Assembly: GCA_041752695.1 (NCBI GenBank)
Contig: JBGSVZ010000004.1
Location: forward strand, 1-14,174
Source of the DNA: Terrimicrobiaceae bacterium
GTDB taxonomy: Bacteria > Verrucomicrobiota > Verrucomicrobiia > Chthoniobacterales > Terrimicrobiaceae
Direction of reading: 5' to 3'
Length of the DNA stretch: 14,174 nt
Position numbers and translations under genes: made by a program. A model generated the notes under the pieces. The model was given only the letters and a program-made list of their open reading frames with translations. It was not told where the DNA came from and ran no database searches. Shown here piece after piece: positions 1 to 7,018 of the stretch (positions within the stretch are counted from its first letter, which is position 1; every line of letters begins with the position of its first letter).

Positions 1-514
1 TCGGTTTTCCACAGGACTCACGGCCTTCCGCATCCTGTCACCAGTCTGCTCCAGGCAAACCTCAGGAGCGCTCGCGCGCCGTCCCGCCTCGCAAAGCCTC
101 GGCGGAGCCGGCGGCTCGCGCAGACACGGGTTCATCGCGAAGAGACGAGTTCAAGTCTTGAGGGACTTGGACGCGCCCGAGGCGCAAGGGAGAAGACTAC
201 GGATATTGCATGCAACTGTTGCATGTCCCGTTCCGGTGGAACGGTTGGCGCTTCGCGCCGAATATCCTCTTCCTCTTGCACAGCAAGAGCCAAGAGCGGG
301 AAGGCCGATCCCGGCCTTGAAGCCAGGTAACTCGACTTGTGTCTGCCACGTCGAGTTACCTGGCTCTCCGAAGCGGCTCTTCTTCTCTATATCCAACCAC
401 TGCGGTTGGCGCAGTTCCTGCGGAGGCGATTTGCAGCCGCACGCCAAATGGCAGCTTCCGGGGCTTGCGGCTAGAGTTCGAAAATGCTTCCATGCAAGTT
501 CTCGCATGTTCGAA
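1..514 (+). ncRNA. Putative long structured non-coding element, copy A (RNA or ssDNA fold; may extend left of the window)
   Basis: Densely tiled by inverted repeats: 11-16/33-38, 152-169, 173-185, 201-207/261-267 enclosing hairpins 209-225, 228-244 and 247-259, 285-291/375-381 enclosing 301-318 and a perfect 16-bp stem 321-336/350-365, 393-409, 435-441/466-472 enclosing two small hairpins, and 477-487/504-514. Shares ordered sequence blocks with 1724-2050. Confidence 0.45.
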
Positions 515-1039
515 ATGGGACTTATCCAGACAATTGTTGGCGGACTCATAACGGTGAGTGGTGGCGTCCTCGTGGCTTTCCTCACCCATAGGTGGAGATC
601 GAAGGCGGAAACAGTGACCCTCCCGCCACAGACGCCCCTTCCGGCAGCAGTCATCCCTTCGCCCCAGCTGGAATTGCCAATCACTGTCTCGCCCAAGAAA
701 CACCCGCCTAATCCTTCACTCACACACAAGGCCATCGCCGAGGCTATTGAAGCTGTCCCGCCCTTCCAGCAGAAGGGTGTCGAGGAAAGCTTCCATGGAA
801 TCCGTGTTGCTTGGCAGGCCAAGCTTTTTGGCATCAGCCGACACGGCGGAGACGAACTCTCCGTCACGATTATTCTAGGAGACAGCCACAGGACGATGGT
901 TTTCTGCCGTGCGAGACTGCAAGACTGCGAAGGGCTGACCCACGCTCCGACCGGTAGCCCGGTGCTCGTGACTGGCGACATCAAGATGATTTCGCTTTAC
1001 GAGTCTGAGCTTGAGAATTGTTGCATCCAAGCATTGTGA
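515..1039 (+). CDS. Membrane-anchored protein: N-terminal TM helix, Pro-rich linker, C-terminal OB-fold-like domain
   Basis: 3' part of ORF 158..1039. In-frame ATGs at 506 and 515 precede the hydrophobic stretch GLIQTIVGGLITVSGGVLVAFL and the basic HRWRSK. The C-terminus GSPVLVTGDIK...ELENCCI resembles tRNA_anti-like OB folds (by-eye recognition). Confidence 0.65.
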   Translation: MGLIQTIVGGLITVSGGVLVAFLTHRWRSKAETVTLPPQTPLPAAVIPSPQLELPITVSPKKHPPNPSLTHKAIAEAIEAVPPFQQKGVEESFHGIRVAWQAKLFGISRHGGDELSVTIILGDSHRTMVFCRARLQDCEGLTHAPTGSPVLVTGDIKMISLYESELENCCIQAL

Positions 1040-1113
1040 ACCCGGGCCGGAAAGTGCTGCAATATTCCAGTTCACGCTAGAATTTCAGCCTGGAGGCTTC
1101 ACAATCAGCGGAA

Positions 1114-1629
1114 ATGAGAAACCAAGAATTTCCCGCCCTCTCAGAAATGCGCCACTCGGCAAAGGCCGTTTGGAACCAGGAATTTGACAGCGACGAAGAA
1201 TGCTTCCTCGACGCCTTCCTGCACGGAGAGTTCCACGAGGAGGAGCCCGATTTTGTCTCGCTCACGGAAGCACTCTCCAAGAGACAATTGATTTCGCTGT
1301 TCCTGCCGGTATGTCGTGTGCTGATCGCCAGTTCAGTCAATTGCAGGGAGGGCAGCAAATCATTAAAAACGCTCATGGACTGTTTCTCCGCACTTGGAAA
1401 ATGGAGCAAAGCGCAACTCCGAAGCCCTGAGGAGATCCTAAAACCGCTTGGCGAGACGCGTGTGGTGGTTTTCAGAGAAGTCGTCGAACATCGCGGCGAG
1501 GGCTGGTGGGCGCATATCTTCTCCTATTTTGAGATGCTTGAAGCCGGAATCTATCGCAGGATGGGAGTTCATCAGATTGCCATCAACGACGAATATCGGG
1601 CGGTCGAGAGGAAGCTCAAAGCTTTGTGA
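1114..1629 (+). CDS. Hypothetical protein (171 aa, acidic N-terminus, probably helical)
   Basis: ATG-started ORF with protein-like composition, co-oriented with its neighbours. TAGAAT at 1078-1083 is a possible -10. No family recognised. Confidence 0.65.
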   Translation: MRNQEFPALSEMRHSAKAVWNQEFDSDEECFLDAFLHGEFHEEEPDFVSLTEALSKRQLISLFLPVCRVLIASSVNCREGSKSLKTLMDCFSALGKWSKAQLRSPEEILKPLGETRVVVFREVVEHRGEGWWAHIFSYFEMLEAGIYRRMGVHQIAINDEYRAVERKLKAL

Positions 1630-1660
1630 CGGAGGATTCCGCCGCATCACACCTTCCTGC

Positions 1661-1677
1661 CTTTCGCTTGGCGAAAG
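1661..1677. terminator. Short hairpin downstream of ORF 1114..1629
   Basis: CTTTCGC-TTG-GCGAAAG perfect 7-bp stem. No U-tract on the + strand, so a terminator role is uncertain. Confidence 0.25.
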
Positions 1678-1723
1678 CCCAAAGCTCAATGTCCAGCAAT
1701 CTGGATAGGTATAAAATTTTCGC

Positions 1724-2050
1724 TCGGTGTTTCCCACAGGGAAAACGGCGGACACCGCCGAGTTTTCTTCTGCTCACGCACGAGTAAAGACCGGTCACCC
1801 GGTCTTGGAGGCATCGACGCGGTCCGCAGAGGAACCGGACAGAAGTCCGGACCGCCCGGGCACGGCGCGGCTCGGTCCCCCTCCACCCAACCGAGACGGT
1901 TGGCGTGGATTCCTGCGGGGGACACGTCGCCGCCACGCGACATGTGACAGAATCCGCTTGGCCACTCGAAGACTCGGGCGCGGCGCAGATTCCATCACAT
2001 CACGCTTTCCCACCCACCACCCCACGGGTTCCGCTTCGCGGGCATTAACC
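1724..2050 (+). ncRNA. Putative long structured non-coding element, copy B (diverged paralogue of 1-514)
   Basis: Hairpins 1730-1744, 1746-1760, 1787-1806, 1835-1850, 1882-1909 (core 1887-1903), 1907-1912/1950-1955 and 2031-2041. Collinear motifs shared with copy A. A -10-like TATAAAAT at 1710-1717 lies just upstream. Confidence 0.45.
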
Positions 2051-2059
2051 TTCAAACGA

Positions 2060-2088
2060 TTGCCGACGCGCTGACGCGGCGGTATAGA
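2060..2088 (+). promoter_or_regulatory. Sigma70-type promoter, probably producing a leaderless mRNA
   Basis: TTGCCG (2060-2065), 17-nt spacer, TATAGA (2083-2088), then 6 nt to ATG 2095. No Shine-Dalgarno sequence. Confidence 0.5.
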
Positions 2089-2094
2089 GTCGGT

Positions 2095-2505
2095 ATGACT
2101 CCAGAGATTACTGCTTCCATCCTCGAACGATTCCCCGAAGAAGCCCGGCTAGGTCTGCTGGTTCTCATGGAGAAACACAAGGATGAGCCTTTCATGGCTC
2201 ATCTCATCAAGGAACTTTCGTTGGAAAGGCCACAATACCTCGACCTTTTCGCGCGCGGAATGACCCATCTTCCCGTGCCGGCCCAAGGAGGAAGACCTTC
2301 GATCGCCGCATACTTCCTCTTGCTTTCGGAAATCGAAGGGCTCCCGGACGAGGCACGCACGTTCGCGCTCCAGGCATCCGCGTATGCACAAGGGGCAAAT
2401 GAGCATGACCAGTGGTATCGGGCTTTCTCTCTCGATTCGCGGCACATCTTCAAGGAAACCGTCTGGCCTGTCCTCCTCGGATTCCCCGAAAGCTCATCTG
2501 GGTGA
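2095..2505 (+). CDS. Hypothetical protein (136 aa)
   Basis: ATG-started ORF right behind a promoter-like sequence, with helical protein-like composition. No family recognised. Confidence 0.7.
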   Translation: MTPEITASILERFPEEARLGLLVLMEKHKDEPFMAHLIKELSLERPQYLDLFARGMTHLPVPAQGGRPSIAAYFLLLSEIEGLPDEARTFALQASAYAQGANEHDQWYRAFSLDSRHIFKETVWPVLLGFPESSSG

Positions 2506-2537
2506 AATAAACCCACGACACTTTTTGGTGTGCCCAT

Positions 2538-2975
2538 TTACATGCAAGACTCAACGAAGGCCATGAAATCGCTATCCTGAAATTCCTTCGACTTCTTCCA
2601 TACAGCCTTGGGAATCGGGAGGGAGAAAAACTGCTTTACGTCCATTCGTAGTCCTTCCTCCTCAAAATACATGCCGAATTTTCGGGCGCGATATGATGCA
2701 GCGAGATGGAGGATGAGCATCTGGACAAACAGCTCCTCGCTGTTTGATGCCAGCAGCGCTTCGGCTTCTGGCATCAGTATATTTGCAAGATTCGGGTGCT
2801 CGTAGAGCTTTGACCAAATGTCGCGGTGGGCGGCCGTCAGGGCAAAAAGGCTCTGAATTTTCCGCTGCCGTGAATCGGCTCGGATGTTGTAGCCAGTGAA
2901 AAGGAGCCCCGCGACGATGCTGGTGCTTTGAAGTATTTCCAGCCAATGCGTTGATACCCATGAGAAGACTCCCAT
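2538..2975 (-). CDS. Membrane-anchored helical protein, DUF6082/DUF4760-like
   Basis: N-terminal hydrophobic segment (WLEILQSTSIVAGLLFTGY) followed by RADSRQRK. The C-terminal pattern P...W...KEFQDSDFMAFVE resembles these DUF families (from memory, unverified). Perfect TATAAT 7 nt upstream. Confidence 0.7.
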   Translation of the reverse strand: MGVFSWVSTHWLEILQSTSIVAGLLFTGYNIRADSRQRKIQSLFALTAAHRDIWSKLYEHPNLANILMPEAEALLASNSEELFVQMLILHLAASYRARKFGMYFEEEGLRMDVKQFFSLPIPKAVWKKSKEFQDSDFMAFVESCM

Positions 2976-2982
2976 GCAGGGG

Positions 2983-2988
2983 ATTATA
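2983..2988 (-). promoter_or_regulatory. -10 box for a leaderless transcript of 2538..2975
   Basis: The minus strand reads GG-TATAAT-CCCCTGC-ATG. Confidence 0.55.
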
Positions 2989-3008
2989 CCCCGACCTTTT
3001 GTGCGACG

Positions 3009-3251
3009 CTAGAGGCGCGCAGGGATCTCCGCCCGCGCGAAGACGAGGGTCTTTCTCGGAATGCGAATGATTCGCTCGTCAGGGCCGCATGATGCTCCCT
3101 CGATCAATTGGGATGAGGCGTGCTCGGTGATATCGACACCGATGACCGCAAAATCGCCGTCCTCCAGTTCGAGGATATCGGGGCATCCCTGAAGCGAAGC
3201 GGTCGAGGCACCGTCTTGGTGCGGATCTGGTCCAATGCGACGAATGAACAT
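3009..3251 (-). CDS. Small conserved-looking hypothetical protein (80 aa, CPDILELEDGDFAVIG motif)
   Basis: ATG-started and divergent from an XRE gene. The motif resembles small proteins found next to XRE regulators in actinomycetes (recollection, needs a search). Confidence 0.75.
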   Translation of the reverse strand: MFIRRIGPDPHQDGASTASLQGCPDILELEDGDFAVIGVDITEHASSQLIEGASCGPDERIIRIPRKTLVFARAEIPARL

Positions 3252-3256
3252 TCCTG

Positions 3257-3285
3257 ACTGTTGACTATAGTCAAATGCCTGTCAA
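3257..3285. promoter_or_regulatory. Palindromic operator inside a minus-strand promoter
   Basis: Perfect 14-bp palindrome TTGACTATAGTCAA (3261-3274). The minus strand has TTGACA (3280-3285), 17 nt, AACAGT (3257-3262), 5 nt, ATG 3251. Confidence 0.65.
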
Positions 3286-3312
3286 CTCCAAATATCATCT
3301 ACTTCTCTTCGC

Positions 3313-3570
3313 GTGCCGAAGCACTCGATACGGGAAGACATCTCCTCACACGTCATCCATGCGCTTAAAAAGGAGCGTGTTCGCCAAGAACTGTCCATGA
3401 ACAGCGTGGCTGAGCGTTCAGGCCTTCATGTCAGCACGATTTCGTTGGTCGAACGCGAGTTGCGAAAGCCGACTCTCGATGCTCTCCTCCGCATCGCGGA
3501 GGCATTGAAGATCGATCTCTGGCAGCTTCTGAAAGCGGGCACCGCAAAGGCAAAATCCGGTCGGAAATGA
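3313..3570 (+). CDS. XRE-family (HTH_3, C-protein-like) transcriptional regulator
   Basis: LKKERVRQELSMNSVAERSGLHVSTISLVERELRKPTLDALLRIAEALKI is a canonical Cro/C1-type HTH. GTG start. Confidence 0.92.
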   Translation: MPKHSIREDISSHVIHALKKERVRQELSMNSVAERSGLHVSTISLVERELRKPTLDALLRIAEALKIDLWQLLKAGTAKAKSGRK

Positions 3571-3639
3571 AAGTTCGCTGAGGAGAGCGTCGCCACGGTA
3601 GCGAAATTCGTTTTAGGAGAGGCTTGCACAAAATGCGTC

Positions 3640-3668
3640 TTGACAGTGGTGTTCAATGACTGTTGAAC
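3640..3668 (+). promoter_or_regulatory. Candidate -35 box plus 18-bp inverted repeat upstream of the large secreted protein
   Basis: TTGACA at 3640-3645. GTTCAA-TGACTG-TTGAAC at 3651-3668. Confidence 0.35.
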
Positions 3669-6600
3669 CTCCACGTGTTTTGATTTCCCGAACACACTCT
3701 CCTTCACGGGCTATCGCCACTATCGCTCCTCTTCTGCGGAGCGTGCAAGATTCACTGTCTAATCTTGGTGTTAGCATCATTTCCGCACTCCTCCTTTTTT
3801 CTACATGTGGAGGGACCCTGGCCCAGACTCCGCTTGTACCAGAAACGCGAATTGAAGTGGAGCCTACTGATCGCTGGCTTCTTCACTCAACTACCGAGCC
3901 TGGCGTCCATTACACGCTTCAATCGACTGGAACCCTATCAGGTTCAACGACTTGGAGTTCAGCGACCACCCCTCTTCAGGGCCTAGGTTCAGATGTCTCC
4001 ATTATCCTCGTTGACCCCTCATCCCCGTCTGCACCGTCCGCGGCCACCTTCTACTACCTGGAGCCCCTTGGTGCCCATGGATCGGCTGTCAGTTGGTCAA
4101 GCGGCGGCAATGTCTACCGCCAAGTCATTCCTGAGGTGGTCACAGGACTTGCTGCGAGTGGACACCTCACCACCGCGAATCAGGAGATGTTCTGGAAGAA
4201 AGGTTCCGAGCTTCAAGCCGATCCAGGGACCTTGAACTCGACGCTTCCCCAAGCGGAGTCGGATAAGCTTGATGAGTTCCGCTCTTCTCTTCCCACGATG
4301 CTGGCCCAACCGCCAAACGCACCCGTTACGGTGAAGCTCGACGCCCCACTAGAAAGCCCTCCCGGAGAGCGACAATTCTGGCGATTGACCCTTTCTACCC
4401 CAGACACGGATGGGGACGGAATTTCCGACTACGACGAATTCACTGGCGGCTTGTTCACCAACCCTTTCTCGGAAGATACGGATGGCGACAATTTGTCGGA
4501 TTCTGATGAAATCGCCGATGGTACCAACCCCGCAGGAAACGACTCAAACGAGAACGGAATTCCTGACAACAACGAAGTGACTCTTGAGAGCGAAACCGCG
4601 AGCACGAGCCTTGTCAAACATGGGTTTGATTCTTTCGTTCCCACAACGCCTCCCAAAAAGTTTCTCTTCCAGACTGTTGAATGGAATCCGAACTACATCG
4701 GAACGGTGCAGCCGTTTGATCCCGACATCACCGAACTCGGCAACCGTATCACCATTATTAACCGATTCACGGGGGGAGCGTTTCCCTTCACTTCGAAATG
4801 GGGCACACTCGACTACTACGCTGCTACTGTCACAGGAACTCCTACGGAAAATTCGCGGACGACCGCCATGCCGTGGAGCGCTCCGGGTTGGGATCCAATT
4901 CTCGGTGCACCGGGCACACTTGTGGGGGCAGCGACTGCATCAGAGGTTCTGAGCAATGAAAATACGACACCCTTTTTCAAACAGGAAACGCTTGGGACAA
5001 TGCCTGCGTTTGCGGGGACTTTCACCACTAGTCCGAAGGAAAGCTCACATGCCCTCAGTGTTGATGAACTCAACTACAGCGCGAGCAAAATGCAGTATCG
5101 CTGGAAGTTCGCTGGTCCCGCATCGAATACCCGAAGTACTTTTTGGTTTGAAACGTTCACACCTAACAATCCGAATGATCCCGCTCTGACGGAAATTCCC
5201 GCAAGTCAAATTACTGTAGTTAAAAGCTACACGGGGACGGCCCTCTTAACAGATACCTACTCGGTGAATGTCGCCGAGCGCTTCCCGAACGTGAATGGGA
5301 AAATCGTCATTGACCCCATAGCGCTTGATATCGTTAGAAAAAATGACAGCGACGAATATCAGCCTGTCGATGATATTCCGGTGATGGTCCCTGAGAATGG
5401 CGTTGGCCGAGGGTCAGCTACTGTGCCTTTCAATGGAACTCCTGAATTTACTCTCGAAAGCTTGCAGGGTTTGGACTCTCAATCTATCGACACACTTGCC
5501 TTTGCGACTGGAGGACAACAATCCACTCTTACAGAAACAGGAAACGATACGAAAATTTTCGAAAGCCCCGACGAAGCTATTACGGTTGAAGTGTTATCAG
5601 CCATTTCTTTTGACGAAAATACCTACGACACATTTAATGTTCTCTACAGCAACACCGACGAAACTGTAAGCGATCAGTTAAACTCCATGGGTGAGACAGA
5701 AGATCCCGGCATCTTCCGCTCTATGCGTTTTGAGATGTCGGGCGCGTTCACGCAGGCACCAAGCTCTTCTCAAGTTGATACAATACGCTTCACCATCACC
5801 AATTCCGAAGTGGGCGACACGATTTCGGACACACTAACAGAAACTGGTACCAACACTTTAGTGTTCTCGGATACAACGTCGTCCATCGTAGTGAATCTTT
5901 CAGGAACGCTGTCATCCGGCCAAGTCGATTCTGTTGATGTGGAGGCAACATTTCCCGATATCAGAGCAAATGGGATAGCTCTCTCATTGGACGAAACGTC
6001 TACAAGCTCATTGGTGTTCTCAAATTTTTCAAGTGGGACGACAACGTTTGCTAATGAAACTCCACGTACTCCTTCTGAAAATGTGGAAATCTTTCGCGTA
6101 CGCCGCTATTCAGGTCAGACAGGGGACACTATTCAAATGACGGTCAAGACTTCCGTCGATGAGGTGCCCATCACTCTGACCCGAACAACTGGAGGCGAGT
6201 TTATGTCGGAAAAAATGATCATGATCAGGGCAGGTGAAGATGTCAGCGAAATCCCGGAAGCACTGCTTTTCACCGTGATTCAAGTTGAGTCCGATGCCGC
6301 TCAAGAGAGCAAGGAGATCGAATTCGTTGAGGACAGTTCAGAACAAACCATTACGACGAAGAACGCTCTGCCATCGGCATATATTGCTCACAGTTTTACG
6401 AGCGATACGTTGAAGCAACAGGGCGAACGCTTTGTTGATCTTTGGAAAGCGGACGTGCCTGACAAATTAGGTTGGGCACTAACTGGAAATGCAGCGGACT
6501 ACAGCAGCACCAAAGCAAAATTCTTGGACGCTCTCCCGAAAAGCGGGTTTTTGGGGTGGTTTGGTCACGGACTTCGAACGAAGGAATCCCCGGCATTCAT

Positions 6601-7018
6601 CGGGCTTCAATTGGTGGTTCCGACCGGCGGGACGCCTGGCACTGACAACGAGCTTTTGGACAGTCAATTGCCTGCGGGATTAGAATACGAGTTCGTATTC
6701 CTCAACGGCTGTGGCTCAGCAACCGTCGGAAATCCCGCAGCAGAAAGCTTTATCGCCAAGTTCAATTCAAAAGCATACCTTGGCTGGACCGCGCCAGCGG
6801 GCGGGGCTCCAGCGGGCATTTTTGCTAATAAGCTTATTAAGGAAGTTGATCTTGGGAAGCCTCTCGCAGGGGCCATCAGCAAGGCGTGGAATGAAACCCC
6901 TCTCGGTCTCAAAGTAGTTGCGGCTTCGATGGGAGCTCCTGGGAGTCCCCGGACTGTGTGGCGTGCCGACGTTCCAGAACCGGAAAAGACGACCTTTACG
7001 CTCGACCGCAAAAAATGA
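3656..7018 (+). CDS. Large secreted repeat protein with C-terminal clan CD (caspase/gingipain/CHAT/DUF6345-like) cysteine peptidase domain
   Basis: Signal-peptide-like LGVSIISALLLFSTCGGTLA-Q (the true start may be downstream, e.g. GTG 3743). DxDxDG calcium-binding repeats and LxETxxxxxxF repeats. WFGHG (His codon 6566) and VFLNGCGS (Cys codon 6710) followed by AYLGW. Confidence 0.8.
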   Translation: MTVEPPRVLISRTHSPSRAIATIAPLLRSVQDSLSNLGVSIISALLLFSTCGGTLAQTPLVPETRIEVEPTDRWLLHSTTEPGVHYTLQSTGTLSGSTTWSSATTPLQGLGSDVSIILVDPSSPSAPSAATFYYLEPLGAHGSAVSWSSGGNVYRQVIPEVVTGLAASGHLTTANQEMFWKKGSELQADPGTLNSTLPQAESDKLDEFRSSLPTMLAQPPNAPVTVKLDAPLESPPGERQFWRLTLSTPDTDGDGISDYDEFTGGLFTNPFSEDTDGDNLSDSDEIADGTNPAGNDSNENGIPDNNEVTLESETASTSLVKHGFDSFVPTTPPKKFLFQTVEWNPNYIGTVQPFDPDITELGNRITIINRFTGGAFPFTSKWGTLDYYAATVTGTPTENSRTTAMPWSAPGWDPILGAPGTLVGAATASEVLSNENTTPFFKQETLGTMPAFAGTFTTSPKESSHALSVDELNYSASKMQYRWKFAGPASNTRSTFWFETFTPNNPNDPALTEIPASQITVVKSYTGTALLTDTYSVNVAERFPNVNGKIVIDPIALDIVRKNDSDEYQPVDDIPVMVPENGVGRGSATVPFNGTPEFTLESLQGLDSQSIDTLAFATGGQQSTLTETGNDTKIFESPDEAITVEVLSAISFDENTYDTFNVLYSNTDETVSDQLNSMGETEDPGIFRSMRFEMSGAFTQAPSSSQVDTIRFTITNSEVGDTISDTLTETGTNTLVFSDTTSSIVVNLSGTLSSGQVDSVDVEATFPDIRANGIALSLDETSTSSLVFSNFSSGTTTFANETPRTPSENVEIFRVRRYSGQTGDTIQMTVKTSVDEVPITLTRTTGGEFMSEKMIMIRAGEDVSEIPEALLFTVIQVESDAAQESKEIEFVEDSSEQTITTKNALPSAYIAHSFTSDTLKQQGERFVDLWKADVPDKLGWALTGNAADYSSTKAKFLDALPKSGFLGWFGHGLRTKESPAFIGLQLVVPTGGTPGTDNELLDSQLPAGLEYEFVFLNGCGSATVGNPAAESFIAKFNSKAYLGWTAPAGGAPAGIFANKLIKEVDLGKPLAGAISKAWNETPLGLKVVAASMGAPGSPRTVWRADVPEPEKTTFTLDRKK
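4403..4576 (+). repeat. Three bacterial thrombospondin type-3-like Ca-binding repeats (protein level)
   Basis: DTDGDGISDYDE, DTDGDNLSDSDE and DSNENGIPDNNE, separated by TNP motifs. Confidence 0.8.
5525..6202 (+). repeat. Four to five roughly 50-aa acidic beta-rich repeats with an LxETxxxxxxF motif (protein level)
   Basis: TLTETGNDTKIF (5525), SMGETEDPGIF (5684), TLTETGTNTLVF (5831), SLDETSTSSLVF (5984), degenerate TLTRTTGGEF (6173). Spacings are 53, 49, 51 and 63 codons. Confidence 0.65.

Noticed and set aside
5..13. DnaA-box-like TTTTCCACA (and TTTCCCACA at 1730-1738)
   Set aside because: Single imperfect boxes with no cluster or AT-rich unwinding region, so not enough for an origin call.
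201..267. tRNA-like cloverleaf
   Set aside because: No D-loop or T-loop consensus, no 7-nt anticodon loop and no CCA. Kept only as a generic junction.
158..514. N-terminal extension of the 293-aa ORF
   Set aside because: TTG start, non-protein-like composition, and it overlaps the hairpin-dense element. The TM segment after ATG 506/515 looks like the true N-terminus.
151..984. 277-aa minus-strand ORF
   Set aside because: Antisense shadow of the + gene and the structured region, with no recognisable motifs.
1616..2074. Several overlapping ORFs on both strands
   Set aside because: Arg/Pro/Gly-rich translations typical of GC-rich non-coding DNA. The region is better explained as structured element B.
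1..2505. Integron cassette array or CRISPR array
   Set aside because: No RYYYAAC/GTTRRRY attC boundaries seen at the gene ends, no identical regularly spaced repeats, and no integrase or cas gene in the window.
6958..7014. Upstream extension of the 304-aa ORF
   Set aside because: ATG 7015 gives an ATGA overlap and begins a signal peptide.
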